Part shown: piece by piece, positions 1 through 11,831 of the stretch
Layout: every line of letters starts with the position of its first letter
How positions within the stretch are numbered: position 1 is the stretch's first letter
Origin: Octopus bimaculoides
Lineage: Eukaryota
NCBI RefSeq assembly: GCF_001194135.2
Contig: NC_068984.1
Location: 49,181,504-49,220,476, forward strand
Length of the DNA stretch: 38,973 nucleotides
Direction of reading: 5' to 3'
Position numbers and translations under genes: made by a program
The notes under the pieces: generated by a model
Database searches by the model: none
Told to the model about the DNA's origin: nothing
What the model saw: the letters and a program-made list of their open reading frames with translations, nothing else

Positions 1-1250
1 ATATATATATATATATATAAATGTAGAAATGTGTATTTATTATTATTTAACATGCAATATTGATGAGTCCAATGGTGAGTTAGCTAACTGAAACATCGAA
101 TTCAGTGTCAATACTATTCTGTTAAAGAATCATATATTGATTGTGTATTGAGTAATCCTTCTGTTTAATTGATTTCTTTACAACTTATTTTAAAAAGCAT
201 TAATGTATATAAGCGATAGCATACACGCTCGCACACACACACACACACAGACACATCTGTATGTGTGTATGTATGTGTCCCTCTTCAAACTAGGATTATC
301 CAAACTAAATATATAAATATTCAGTGAGAATTTGAGCATTCCAAGGCTACGAACAACTTGATTTCGGGTCCCAGGAAAAACATGTAGTGATTCACTCTCT
401 GTTCTTTCATACGACATACTTGTCGAGTCCTTTTCTTTCTGTTGTCATACTCTACTTGACTGATTGTGATTGACTATCTTGATCCTCAGCTCGTCTGAAA
501 ATATTTGCAGCATTTTTTTTTTCGCTATTTTCAGCTTCTGTTTCATGTTATTCTGAAAGAAATTGGTTTCGCTTGGAGAGAAGAGAAACCTATCCAGATC
601 CGTTTTAACAACATTTATCATATCATTACTAAAGCCAATTTAGAATTTTCTATGCCCTGTACTGAAGGAGAAAATCTTATGCAATCTACTGGTAGCCGAA
701 CCTGACCAACGCATGATAGCGGCATTTCTACACAGCTGCACAAATCACCGATCCACAAATGCTGAACGGGTACATAAGCAAGGACTTAGTCGACCTTCCT
801 TTTCTTTAGACGTATCTTAAACGTTACTTGAATAGCTTAACCTAAAATGAGAATAATATCTGAACGTACTGCTAGACCAATAACTTAGGATGTTATTCAT
901 ATACCTGGTCGACGTAGTTTGCTGGAAAAGATGTTCAGCGTTTCAAAACGCAAACTATCGTTCGGTTTTCATGCTCTCTTCTACAGAATGCAACGAGAGT
1001 GTGTTCAGCCGGCCTCATTAACCAGATGATAAGGAGCTATGTGCACAGCAGATAGAAAATGTTTTTTTCTTAGCATACCAAAGCTGGACTATAACTCAAG
1101 GAAAAATTTGATCTAGGTGAATGAACGCCGGCTCACATTTCAGCAATATTTTCATATGTCACGGATTCAAAAGGTGTTTTATGTCTCAGCAGCTTGTTCG
1201 CACCATAACATTTCCATTTCACACTGGGTATTGTAAATGCACGCCTTTTA

Positions 1251-1395
1251 TTTACATTATTTACATTAGACGGATATTTGTCCTCATCTAGTTTGTTGTT
1301 AACACAATGTTTCGGCTGATATACCCTCCAGCCTTCATCAAGTGTCTTGGGGAAATTTCGAACCTGCGTTCTCATTCCTAAAGTATTTTTCGATG

Positions 1396-1462
<67 letters not shown>

Positions 1463-1521
1463 CATTCAGGTCACTGCCTGGAATCGAACCCGGAATCTTG
1501 GGGTTAGTAGCTCGTGCTCTT
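1251..1521 (-). mobile_element. tRNA-derived SINE-like repeat, copy 1 (5'-truncated), with internal (AAT)n and a 3' hammerhead-like motif
   Basis: On the minus strand: B-box-like GGTTCGATTCC, then (AAT)n, then a ~150-bp body highly similar to 2790-3070. The A-box region is missing. Confidence 0.75.
1301..1346 (-). ncRNA. Degenerate minimal hammerhead ribozyme motif (copy 1)
   Basis: Minus strand reads GACAC-TTGATGA-A-GGCTG-GAGGGTATAT-CAGCC-GAAA-CATT-GTGTT. Stems I and II pair, but the core has C>T (UUGAUGA) and the stem III palindrome is broken. Confidence 0.45.
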
Positions 1522-1792
1522 CCAGGTAGGCGAGTGTCTGCATCTAGTGTTACTGATGGTCATTGGGTAATTAACCGAACTTGCAAAAATACTCACCGGT
1601 ACGTATATTTACGGTGCTAAACAATTCGTTCCCGGTCAATTCGTCGTTAATCAATTCATCGCCAGGTCAATTCATCGCTGGCCAATTCGTGCTAAAATAC
1701 TTTTAAATGTAATTTTCAAGGGAAAGTTTAGAACAATCACATTAGAATTAAAATTGTCATTGGAAAGCTTTAGATATTTCCCCCTTCTTTAA

Positions 1793-1840
<48 letters not shown>

Positions 1841-2773
1841 CTCTCTCTCTCTCTTAAGTATCGACGCTGAACAGTTTACGAACAAAGATTTATTCAATAC
1901 GCCTACCCAGCAACTTTACTACCTGCAAGATCATAACTTCAGAGAAAGGAAAAATCAAAGTGGTCAATCAAGAAAATTAGAAAATTATATATACACAAAA
2001 AATAAGCAGAATGCAGATGGATTGAAGACATACTGGAGGTGCGAAAATCGTGTGTGCAAAGTGAAATTTCATACAGATGAAAATTATAAAGTGCTTAAGA
2101 AGATTGGGATTCATAATCAAGCTTCAACTGCTGCAAAGGCAAATGCAAGGAGAATAGTTTCAAATAATAAAGTCTATTTTATCTCGTGATATTCCTCGCT
2201 CGTTTATTGCTAGTGAAGTTCAGAATTTAAACGACTGTTCATTGTCGCAAATACCTCCGTTTGCATAACATAATAAGAATATTAGGCGTTAGAGGCAAGC
2301 TGATTCCAACTATCCTGCCACCCTACTTACAAATGTTGGATTTTCCATTGCAAGTGAATACTCCAACTTTGGCAATGATGAAACGTTTTTACAGTATGAC
2401 AGCGGGATGGAAGATTCAAAACGAATACCAATATTTGCAAGTGATGAAGCACTTCGACAGTTAAATAGCACAAGAACTGGGCGGCAGATGGAACATTTAA
2501 GTACCGCTCTAGAATATTTTTTTCAGTTATATATACTTCACATTCAAATTGATTAAGTTTAATGCCCCACGATAGTTCGCATTGCTCTCTGACAAAAGTC
2601 ATGACACATATAGCAGACTTTTTGCCAAAATAAATGAACAACTGCAGAATTAGGGGCCTGATAATATAATTATGAGTTTCGAAAAAGCAACCCATAACAA
2701 ATTTCTGGAATCGTTTCCAGGGTTGAATTTTGCATGCTGCTCCTTTCATTTAGGACAAAATGGGTACAAGCAT

Positions 2774-2950
2774 ATACATTATTTAAATTATTTATATTAT
2801 TTACATTATTTACATTTGACGGATATTTGTCCTCATCTTGTTTGTTGTTAACACAACGTTTCGGCTAATATACCCTCCAGCTTTCATCAGGTGTCTTGGG
2901 GAAATTTCGAACTTGAGTTCTCATTCCTAAGGTATTTTTCGATGTTGTTG

Positions 2951-3005
<55 letters not shown>

Positions 3006-3193
3006 CATTATTCAGATCACTGTCTAGAATGTAACTCGGAATCTTGGGGTTAGTAGCCTGCGCTCTTAACCACTATGCCATATGCCCGTGGGAATATCAA
3101 CCGAAACAAAAAACAAGATGAGGGAAAATATCCGTCAAATGTAAATAATGTAAATAATGTACATAATTCTAAATCTCTTAAATATAGAACTGT
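2774..3193 (-). mobile_element. tRNA-derived SINE-like repeat, copy 2, in fold-back configuration with a 10-bp TSD
   Basis: GTACAAGCAT is duplicated at 2764-2773 and 3194-3203. The minus-strand head is GGGCATATGGCATAGTGGTTAAGAGCGC (A-box-like). Positions ~3090-3170 are an inverted copy of the element's own 3' end. Confidence 0.8.
2850..2895 (-). ncRNA. Minimal type-I hammerhead ribozyme motif (copy 2)
   Basis: Minus strand reads GACAC-CTGATGA-A-AGCTG-GAGGGTATAT-TAGCC-GAAA-CGTT-GTGTT. The CUGAUGA and GAAA cores are intact, stem I is GACAC/GUGUU, and the stem III palindrome is AACGUU. Stem II has one A-C mismatch at its base. Confidence 0.55.
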
Positions 3194-3851
3194 GTACAAG
3201 CATGTTGTGCAAGAAGGACTAAAATGCAAATATCACGAAGAAAGATGACTGATTTAGTCTAAAAATGCGTTGTTTTGTTGCCCTTTCTTTCCTACCGGTT
3301 GGTAATGTTGTAGATGGATACAGACAACTTCTAGAAGTTGAATCTTATTTTGAAAGTAACTATATAGGACCAACTAGAAGAGGATAGAGGAGGCAACGCC
3401 TTGAATCTCCATTTCCATTACCTATATGAAATGTTTGGGATCGATGTATCATTTGCCAGTACCATATTGTAGAAGTTTATGCAAGAAGAACCAAACCGAA
3501 AGGAAAAATACAGATATGAACATGCGCTTAAAAAATGTCTTAGAAAAATATGATCCAAGCCCCAAAATTATTTTTCTAAAAGCAATTGCATACAATCTTA
3601 AATTTAAAAGAAAAATAAATATGTAATACAGCAAACCTTAAAATAAAGTTGTTTTTATTAAATTCAGATATTCGTTCTTTCATTTTCCCTATGAGCTCGT
3701 CGAATTGATTGACAACTAATTGACCTGGGGACGAGTTGACCAACGACTAATTGACTGACAACAAATTAAACGACTACAAATTGCCGTCGACGAATTGGCC
3801 TGACACCATATTTACATATCCTTCTCTCATTAATGTAACGTATGAAACTGA

Positions 3852-4235
3852 GTTGTTGGCACTCCGTCGCTTACGACGTCGAGGATTCCATTCGATCCGA
3901 TCAACGGAACAGCCTGTTCGTGAAATTAACGTGCAAGTGGCTGAGCATTCCACAGACACGTGTACCCTTAACGTAGTTCTCGGGGATATTCAGCGTGACA
4001 GAGTGTGACAAGGCTGGCCCCTTGAAATACAGGCACAACAGAAACAGGAAGAAAGAGTGAGAGAAAGTTGTGGTGGAAGAGTACAGCAGGGTTAGCCACC
4101 ATCCCCTGCCGGAGCCTTGTGGAGCTTCAGGTGTTTTCGCTCAATAAACACTCACAACGCCCGGTCTGGGAATCGAAACGGCGATCCTATGACCGCGAGT
4201 CCGCTGCCCTAACCACTGGGCTATTGCGCCTCCAC
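3852..4235 (-). mobile_element. Full-length tRNA-derived SINE (~385 bp)
   Basis: Minus strand begins GTGGAGGCGCAATAGCCCAGTGGTTAGG (A box) and contains GTTTCGATTCCC (B box). It ends in a CAACAAC tail. Its 3' half is shared with 32062-32239. Confidence 0.8.
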
Positions 4236-4571
4236 ACTTGAAACTGAGTAAGACAAGGAAACAAGCACTAACCCAGTGCATTGTTTCCAACGGTCACTAT
4301 TCATATAGTGGTAATTGGATTCTTATTTTCTCAGGAAACCCATACGTATTGAAGATCTTTCTTTTTCTTAAAAAAAAACAACGGTTGTAGTTTAATCAGT
4401 AACCTCTTTGTTTTTGTTGTTTTTTTCTTTTTTTTAGTTCTTACTTTCCTCTATAGCGTGTTTGGGTGCGGAGTGTCCTGAGAGAGGGTGCTATCAATTC
4501 TCTTTCTACAGTCTGGAATAACTGGTAGATATATTCTCTCCGACTGTCGAGGATAGAAATAAATTTAGTTT

Positions 4572-4685
4572 CTAATATAGACACAAGGCCTTAAATTTGG
4601 GGTGAAGAGTATAGTTGATTAAGATCAACCAATTGCATTCCTGACTGGTATCTATATTATCGGCTCCGGAAAGATGAATGGTGGT
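4572..4685 (-). mobile_element. Diverged fragment of the dominant SINE family
   Basis: Reverse complement TTCATCTTTCCGGAGCCGATAATATAGATACCAG...TAATCAACTA...CCAAATTTAAGGCCTTGTG matches the copies at 15607 and 23362. Confidence 0.6.
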
Positions 4686-5599
4686 GTTATCATTTGTGGA
4701 AACCGAAACCAAAACTAAAAACAGTGATATTATATACACAATGCATTTTATGCAACAGACTCCTAATGTTGCCAATCCACTGCTTGCAGGATAGCAACAA
4801 TATTGATTTCTAACAGAGAGAAAGTCTCAATGCTGGGGAAATGGTACAGTCGATTTTATCAGCAATTTATTACTGGTACTTATCGACAACGATAATCACC
4901 ATTTGCTCTATTTTTCTCTCCCTCTTTTGTTATTTGCTTAATGTTTTTACACTTCTTTTGACTGTTCCAGATATTTTTGTTATTGTCACTTTATTTTTAG
5001 TTGCTTCATTATATTATCAGTCTTTTGTTGATTTCTTAGACGATTCAAGAACTTGAGGCTTCCCTTCACGCCGCTATTGAAACCTTTAGACTTTCTACCA
5101 CGCCTTCACGATGGTAACCACTACCACTTCCACCAGTCTCATAGACCTCCTCTTTCAAGCCTTTCATGGGAATAATAACTCAATTAGAAACCAGGTGTGT
5201 TCATGATTTCAAATCTTTTCTATCTATAATGAATTTTGTTTTCATTAATACAACACAATATCACTTTTCTTCTTTTCATATTCAGCTTTAAAACAGACTT
5301 CAATAAGAAACAAAAAATGAGGCTACCCCCTTGTACTCTTTAAAGGTTTCTTCAACCTTTAAAATTTGTCTTCATGTCGTTGTGTTGTCTCACTTTATTC
5401 CTTCAAAAATTAAATTTGCAAAAAAAAACGAAACTCAAAGGAAGCTATAAAAAACGCGTTTAATTCAGTAACATTCAACTACAATGACTCCACATAGGAT
5501 CATATATGCAGTATCATGACCTGCGAGAAAAAGTAGACAAATAATCCTAAGTGATACTTTGTCGTCTTACAATACGAAATACAAATGCAAGAAGGAAGA

Positions 5600-7150
5600 A
5601 TGGCTGAAATACCTTTTCTCGCATTTGTTATTTACCCGGGCTGATATGACTGCTAAACTTAAAAACTAACCCGAGATCACGCACTGGTTGTGATACCGAG
5701 CTGGCAATAACCGTTTGTCCTGTGTATTCCCTGATTGCAATCAATTCGTGAGCTGAAGTCAGATCTCCTGAAGATTTTCAGCCTTGAACTGCATTTTTCT
5801 CTTCAGCTCACTTGTATAATGCATCAGGTTCTTGGCGTTATCATCAGGAATTATTTGTGCCTATGATATATTTATCCTCAGCGTCGCAGGGGACAGTAGC
5901 TGACCGTGTGACTAGGAGTATTGGGAGAGCCTCACAAGTGGGAGTGGTCGCAGTACACTTCCTTGAGGTACTACGATGTGAATTGATGTCTCGTCAATTA
6001 ATGCTTCTTCGAATGTATTATCTTTCTCTCTTCCTCTCAGAAAGAATACTTTTAGCTGAAAATGCCTAACTACTACTTTTTAAATTTCATGAAGCCACTC
6101 CCATAGTTTTCCAACGATACCGAGATAACGCAGAATAGAACATTCCACATTTGAATGATTGAGCTGGTGTTTCAGTAGTCACTTATAATTCTGTAGTAGT
6201 TTTTTGAGATAGCTTTTTCCTGGATGGAAGCCGTGGTGCATATCAGTAGGCAAGTCATTTACTTATAGGAATGCCATCAGCTTCCTGTAGATTGTGCATT
6301 CCATCACTCTATCACACTACAGATGTGTGAGATGAGTGAAATATGCCTGTAAGTTTCATCATCTTGTCTGCTTCCTCCTTTATGGATTGGGCATATTGTA
6401 CCTCTTAAATTTTTGGAAAGTTAACTGCATGTGATTAAGTTATAGAAAATTATCTGCAGTAGTTTTGCCAGTGTTTTCTTGCATGTCATTAAAAGTTCTC
6501 TGGGAAACCACCAGAATAGTAGTGTTGAAAAACTTTTCAAGCTTACTTATTTGCATATCTCCCAATGGGAAATAAAAACACTTTGGAATTAATTAATATT
6601 TCACTCGCCGTTTTAGGATTTACAGTCGGAGCGCCATTTTCTTCAAACACTGGCTCTATCATGTGACACACCGAAACAGATTCTTTTCTAAATTTGTAGA
6701 AGCATGTAGGATTTGTTTATTTTAAACTGCTTTAGTTTCTCTTTCTTCCCTCTATTTTCATGGGATAATTTGAGGTTGTTTTCAATCTCCGAAAGAGCCT
6801 TTTGAAAGTGAGGCGCCTCGTTATCGTTCATTTGCTTATTTTACCGATTCAAAAGCTTATATTTCGTCTCATAACGACTCTCCTCTTTTCCGAAGTAATG
6901 CCATTGTTTCTACCCGCTTTTCGCTCTGGGGCAAATTTATTGCATGTGGGTTACATTATCGACACGTCATTGTTTGGTATACTGACGCTTTGGACAAATT
7001 TTGCTTCAGCATCTCTTCTTAAAATGATTTCTTGTCTGTTTTGTATTAGTTCAGACTGGATAGGATTTGGGTGATTTTTGTGTGATAGACATTTTCGATT
7101 TGTTAGAGTTACTATGTTATAGTCTGAGAAAATCGCTGCTGTCACTTCAC
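5600..7150 (-). mobile_element. Degenerate CR1-clade LINE ORF2 (RT) remnant
   Basis: Minus-strand translation across stops and frameshifts: PIHKGGSRQDDETYRHISLISHI, MHHGFHPGKSYL, VPQGSVLRPL, VRDLG, and an upstream ALSEIENNLKLSHE...NPTCFY segment. Confidence 0.8.
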
Positions 7151-9774
7151 ATTGTGAATGGATTCCATGTTATTAGTAAAGCACATGTCCAAGATGTCGT
7201 TGCTCCTGGTCCTGTACATTATTGTTATTTCGTGAACATAATTTTAGTGAATTCAAGTACATATCCAGCTGGATTTCGTTCATAGCATGACATGCTGCCT
7301 TCAGGCCATTTAATTTTAAGGAACTTGAAGTCGCCTAACCAAGGTGTATTGACGTTCTGATAGTCTCTCCTCAAATTTACTTATGTGACGATATAATACG
7401 AGTTCTATAATATATATACACGCATATAATACATCTTACTTATGAAAATATCGCCATTTATTCTTACATTCACATTAGAAGAAATCCTTATGAGGGCAAC
7501 AGATCTTAACATAAAAGACTACATAAAAGACATCATTAACTGCTAAATAAACATCAAATACATTAAATTTAAATAATCATTTCGAAAATACGAAGCCTAC
7601 AGAGAAAATTATGTTGCCGACCTAGACATTAGACAACACAGTTTTAGATACGTACAAAAAAGAAAGATAGAAAGATTGAATATCGTTTGATCGTGGATCA
7701 GCTCGAGGTCAGAGATGACCAGGAATAAATAACACGAGCATGCTATAATGGAAACTTACGCTTCTTATAACCTCAAAAAATGAACAAATTCACCTGAAGT
7801 GACTCAACACAAACCTTATTTAGAACCGTTATCAATAAATATACCTTATTTTTCATTTTTTGTCTTTGGAAGATGAAAAGCATTCTATCGTATATTTTAG
7901 TACCAATCGGCGATTAGCTAACAGGCAAGCGTGGAATATCTGTGATACGGCCTTATATGATAACATAAAATCAACTAGCACACAATGATGGTTTCAGTTT
8001 GCGTGGTAGGAGTAGCAGCGAAAAACCTTCAAATAAGCACTACATTCATCAAAAAAAAAAAAAAAAGGAAAAGAACTCATTAGATTAGGTTGTTGTAGAT
8101 ACCGCTAAACAGTACGTTGGTCATAACTGAAAAAAAAAAAAAGACATGAAATTTACACATGCCAGCAACAAATGTAATCTATTTTCGACACTAAATTGTA
8201 GAAAATAATGCAAGCATGATATATTTTATTTATGAAACTGAAAATAATATAGCACTCTATATTAATCATTACAACATCGTCACAAACTCTGAGGATAACC
8301 TATTTGAGCTGATAAAGATAGCAGCTAAAATACCATTGAATCACACTCTGCAAACTTAAATAAGAAGAAGAAAAATCTAGTTGGGTTGTGCAATTCTAGA
8401 TAAACAATGTCTGAAAAGGCCATAACTAGAAACTCTTTGATCATAGTTTTGTTCAATCGTAATTGACCTTGAGTCAAACAATGATAAATGTAGAGAGAAT
8501 GTATGAAAGAAAAGTAGTTCACAAAGTAATGTGGTAAAAATAATCTGAGAAGATGACAAATATATATGATATGTCTTTTGGGAATTGTGTGGGAAATATA
8601 TGGGAAGACGTATAACGTAATTGTATCCTAGGACATCGATATATTTTTCAGAATTTCAGCGCCTACTTCGAGTATATTATACAGTGAGGTAGAGAAGATA
8701 TCACTTTATTTCACAAAAGAGCAAGACTGGGTAAAAATATTCGTTACTACAATACCTGCTATTCTTAAACTTTGTGCATGAGGACAAAGCTAATAGTCTA
8801 AGTAAGGCATGTGGGGAAAATGTAATTATGTAGTTGCTAAAAGAAGAGATGTAATGATGGTACATTTAGAATATATCAGAGTGTATTGGTAGTACATTTA
8901 GAACATACTAGAGTGAAATGATGGTACATTTAGAATATACAAGAGTGGATAAGACAACTAGTTAGATAGAATTTAAAATTAGATACGGTCAAACAAAAAA
9001 GAAAAAGAAAACTACTTGTTTAGAACAGTTTACAATGTCAAAAATGGATATTAGGAATTTGAGGTAAAGGCATAAAAGAAATTAAGGCCCAAGAGTATTA
9101 GTTGTAATTCCCTTACAAAGGCCATTATGTTCCAAATAATATCTAAATAATGATAATAATGGTATCAATAATAATAAAAGTAGTAATAGTAATAACAACA
9201 GCAATAATAATAATTATCATTATCTTCATCCTCATCATCATCATCCTTATCTGGATAATGAAGGCAACAGTTTAAAGAGCCCAACAGCAGCAGCTTCAGC
9301 AACAGCAGTCAGCTGCAATCATGATGGAGGCAACAACCCCAGAAAAAGAAATAACTACAGAAAACTGAAAATGCAGATTCTGCATATTTACAGAAGCTGC
9401 AAAATGCAGAAACTGCAAATTGCATAAGCTGCAATAGAATAGCAATACAGTAATAATAGTTCTGGCAAGATTGCAATTTCTGCTCTGGCAACTACAGCAG
9501 CTATAACATTAGCTTCCCTGCAATAACAGGAGATGCACCCCTAACAAATTGCAATAGCGTCTAAGGTCATAGACCTTAGATGCTGTTGCAATTACTGTAG
9601 TTATAGAAGCAGAGTAGGAAAAGGAAGAATAAAGAGGAGGAAGAGGAGTTAACTTTGTGGTTGTAGTAATCGTAGAAATAGCTATAATATTATTAGCAGA
9701 AATGGTAGCAGTGATAGTAAATGTAGTGGAGATGATAGTAGAAGAGGTAATAACATTTCGCATTTGGTTCATTT

Positions 9775-9821
<47 letters not shown>

Positions 9822-9842
9822 CTAGTAGTAGTAGTAGTAGTT
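9775..9842. repeat. (TAG)n microsatellite
   Basis: Direct trinucleotide run; further (TAG)n runs at ~10447-10530 and ~10768-10852. Confidence 0.95.
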
Positions 9843-10000
9843 AATAAAGTTTAAAATATTTCAAAAAAAGGGTTTCGTGATGATGTATGGAATATCAAAG
9901 ATAACACTTGAGGTAGTTGCTGTTATTAATATTCAGCCCTTATTCATCTCCAATCAAGCATTAATATATATATATATTTATATATATATATATATATATA

Positions 10001-10420
10001 NNNNNNNNNNNNNNNNNNNNNNNNNNNNNNNNNNNNNNNNNNNNNNNNNNNNNNNNNNNNNNNNNNNNNNNNNNNNNNNNNNNNNNNNNNNNNNNNNNNN
10101 NNNNNNNNNNNNNNNNNNNNNNNNNNNNNNNNNNNNNNNNNNNNNNNNNNNNNNNNNNNNNNNNNNNNNNNNNNNNNNNNNNNNNNNNNNNNNNNNNNNN
10201 NNNNNNNNNNNNNNNNNNNNNNNNNNNNNNNNNNNNNNNNNNNNNNNNNNNNNNNNNNNNNNNNNNNNNNNNNNNNNNNNNNNNNNNNNNNNNNNNNNNN
10301 NNNNNNNNNNNNNNNNNNNNNNNNNNNNNNNNNNNNNNNNNNNNNNNNNNNNNNNNNNNNNNNNNNNNNNNNNNNNNNNNNNNNNNNNNNNNNNNNNNNN
10401 NNNNNNNNNNNNNNNNNNNN
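10001..10420. other. Assembly gap (420 N)
   Basis: Run of N flanked by (AT)n and (TAG)n repeats. Confidence 0.99.
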
Positions 10421-10447
10421 GCAGCCTTAGTGGTGATGGTGGCGGTG

Positions 10448-10531
<84 letters not shown>

Positions 10532-10772
10532 AAATGTGTTCAGTCCTAATATGTGTAGTAGTAATGATGGCAAGAGTAGAGGGCAATGACTTTGGAGGTA
10601 ATGATATCGGCATAAGTGGTATTATTAGTAGGAGGGTGTGGTTGTTGATTTTGATGGTAGTGGTAGCGGTGGTAGTAGCAGCACTAACGTTCCTGGCAGT
10701 GGTGTAAATAGTGGCTGCAACTAAAAATGCATCACTATGTGCAGAATTTACAGCAAATGCATATAAAGTAGC

Positions 10773-10825
<53 letters not shown>

Positions 10826-11459
10826 TAGTGGTAGTAGTAGTAGTAGTAGTGGTGTGCAAAATGCAACTGAAGCTGCGTGTGAATCAGCATATATGATGAT
10901 CATCAGTGAATTCAGTAGTTGCAGCAGCAGTTGCAAATGCAACGTTGCCAAATGCAAGACCATGTGCAGAGGTTGCCACAGCAACTGTAAATATAAACTA
11001 CAGAACCATGCCTATCAATCTGATATTTATATTTATACGTATGTATGAGTGAGTGTGCGTATTCAGGGAGAAAACAAAGACACAGATATGCTTATGCGCG
11101 TGTATATGTATATATGTGTGTATGTATGTGTCTATTTATGCATACATATATATACGTATGTATGTATGTATGTATGCATGCATGTATAATATTAAGTATG
11201 ACTGTTCCAAGTTACGCAGTTAAAACTAAAACCTGGTTTTTCAGTGAAACCCTGAAGAAAGCATTCCCTATTAATATTAAATATTATTTCGAGTCCATAA
11301 ACAGTATACGAGTACTTCATTAAGTGCATGCTTGGAGTATTAATTACAAAATCTATTAAATAAAGTTTCATGAATAAACATGTGAGTATGCGTGCTTATG
11401 TGTGTGTATACACACATACATATACCCAAGCATGCACACTCACATGCGCACATTTATAT

Positions 11460-11486
11460 GCATGTATATATATATATATATATATC

Positions 11487-11572
<86 letters not shown>

Positions 11573-11705
11573 CACACATACATGCATACATACATACATA
11601 CATACATACATACATAAAGGTGATAACTCATGCAGAGCTTGTTATGTTCCCTTTCACAATTCCTCCCGGATAGGGTCTTACACATGTGTACGCACGCACA
11701 CACAA

Positions 11706-11736
<31 letters not shown>

Positions 11737-11747
11737 CATACACACAC

Positions 11748-11830
<83 letters not shown>
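11460..11830. repeat. Compound (TA)n/(TG)n/(TACA)n/(CA)n microsatellite block
   Basis: Direct; it generates the overlapping spurious ORFs at 11370-11966. Confidence 0.95.

Positions 11831-11831
<1 letters not shown>

Larger units (their letters stand above)
1935..3620 (+). pseudogene. FLYWCH-MULE transposase pseudogene (stops, frameshifts, interrupted by an insertion at 2774-3193)
   Basis: Manual translation gives KTYWRCENRVCKVKFHTD...IHNQ (FLYWCH-like), FLQYDSGMEDSKRIPIFASDEALRQL, WAADGTFK...FFQLYILHI, IIMSFEKA...FPGLNFACCSFHLGQN and LKMRCFVALSFLPVGNVVDGY...YFESNYIG. These are MULE DDE-domain motifs. Confidence 0.85.
1613..3807 (+). mobile_element. MULE/Mutator-like DNA transposon with both ends and an 8-bp TSD
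   Basis: ATATTTAC flanks both ends (1605-1612 and 3808-3815). Termini are GGTG...CACC. Inverted subterminal arrays of ~15-bp CAATTC(G/A)T units lie at 1621-1692 and ~3695-3800. Transposase remnants lie inside. Confidence 0.85.

Noticed and set aside
58-100. TGATGAGTCC...GAAAC, resembling a canonical hammerhead
   Set aside because: It lacks the first C, and no GGAC partner for stem II precedes GAAA.
3774-3959. Minus-strand ORF with Cys residues and RRRKRRS, resembling a ZP-domain furin site
   Set aside because: It lies in the 3' half of the tRNA SINE, and the same sequence recurs at 32062-32239.
5050-5200. Gly/Arg-rich minus-strand stretch (GGSGSGYHR...RGRKSKGF)
   Set aside because: Frameshifts and stops are needed to join the pieces, there are no splice signals, and it sits beside the LINE remnant.
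8325-8559. Minus-strand ORFs including SYGLFRHC (claudin-like GLxxxC)
   Set aside because: The motif is too short, there is no supporting TM or exon context, and two overlapping frames are equally open.
9200-11050. Cys-rich ORF 10854-11048 (CSSSCKCNVAKCKTMCRGCHSNC) and Thr/Val-rich ORFs
   Set aside because: The region is decayed GCA/TGCA/TAG low-complexity DNA spanning a gap, and Cys codons arise from the TGCA bias.
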